NCBI GenBank assembly: GCA_050633245.1
Contig: JBOEGD010000001.1
Span: forward strand, 407,232-424,451
DNA length: 17,220 nucleotides
From: Calditrichia bacterium
Lineage (GTDB): Bacteria; Calditrichota; Calditrichia; RBG-13-44-9; J075
Direction of reading: 5' to 3'
Part shown: positions 17,199 through 17,220 of the stretch, in pieces
Layout: each line of letters opens with the position of its first letter
Position numbering within the stretch: position 1 is the first letter of the stretch
Notes under the pieces: model-generated
What the model was told of the DNA's origin: nothing
Database searches by the model: none
What the model saw: only the letters and a program-made list of their open reading frames with translations
Program-made: the position numbers and the translations under genes

Positions 17199-17220
17199 TG
17201 TAAGTCGTCAAAATCTCCCG
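17199..17220. mobile_element. Possible terminus of an insertion sequence (TG-start terminal inverted repeat, IS3-like)
   Basis: TGTAAGTCGTCAAAATCTCCCG begins exactly where the recombinase-like frame breaks. Only 22 nt are visible. Confidence 0.3.

Noticed and set aside
1-17220. tRNA, rRNA or intact transposase/integrase genes
   Set aside because: None is recognisable in the window; only a recombinase-like C-terminal fragment is present.

Overview
A stretch of bacterial chromosome, mostly housekeeping genes. Gene content and repeat style suggest an FCB-superphylum or Calditrichota-like organism, but that is a weak inference. In order, it holds a small membrane protein, icmF (fused isobutyryl-CoA mutase/MeaB GTPase), a DUF1801 protein, a large lipoprotein and a type I L-asparaginase with a C-terminal bulb-lectin-like domain. 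Next come maf, a DGGGP-synthase-like UbiA prenyltransferase, a threonine synthase, a DAACS symporter, an AgmX/PglI-C-terminal (TonB-C-like) protein, a TIM-barrel protein and an intact comM/yifB. Just after comM the DNA becomes AT-rich and contains what looks like the broken C-terminus of a large serine recombinase. That fragment runs through a dyad-symmetric attP-like site whose core matches the NPCPCG codons inside comM, so this is probably the edge of a genomic island. The intergenic regions carry a dispersed GTAG-flanked REP-like repeat family and paired heptamer arrays predicted to fold into a long hairpin. All calls rest on motif recognition only; no database searches were run.
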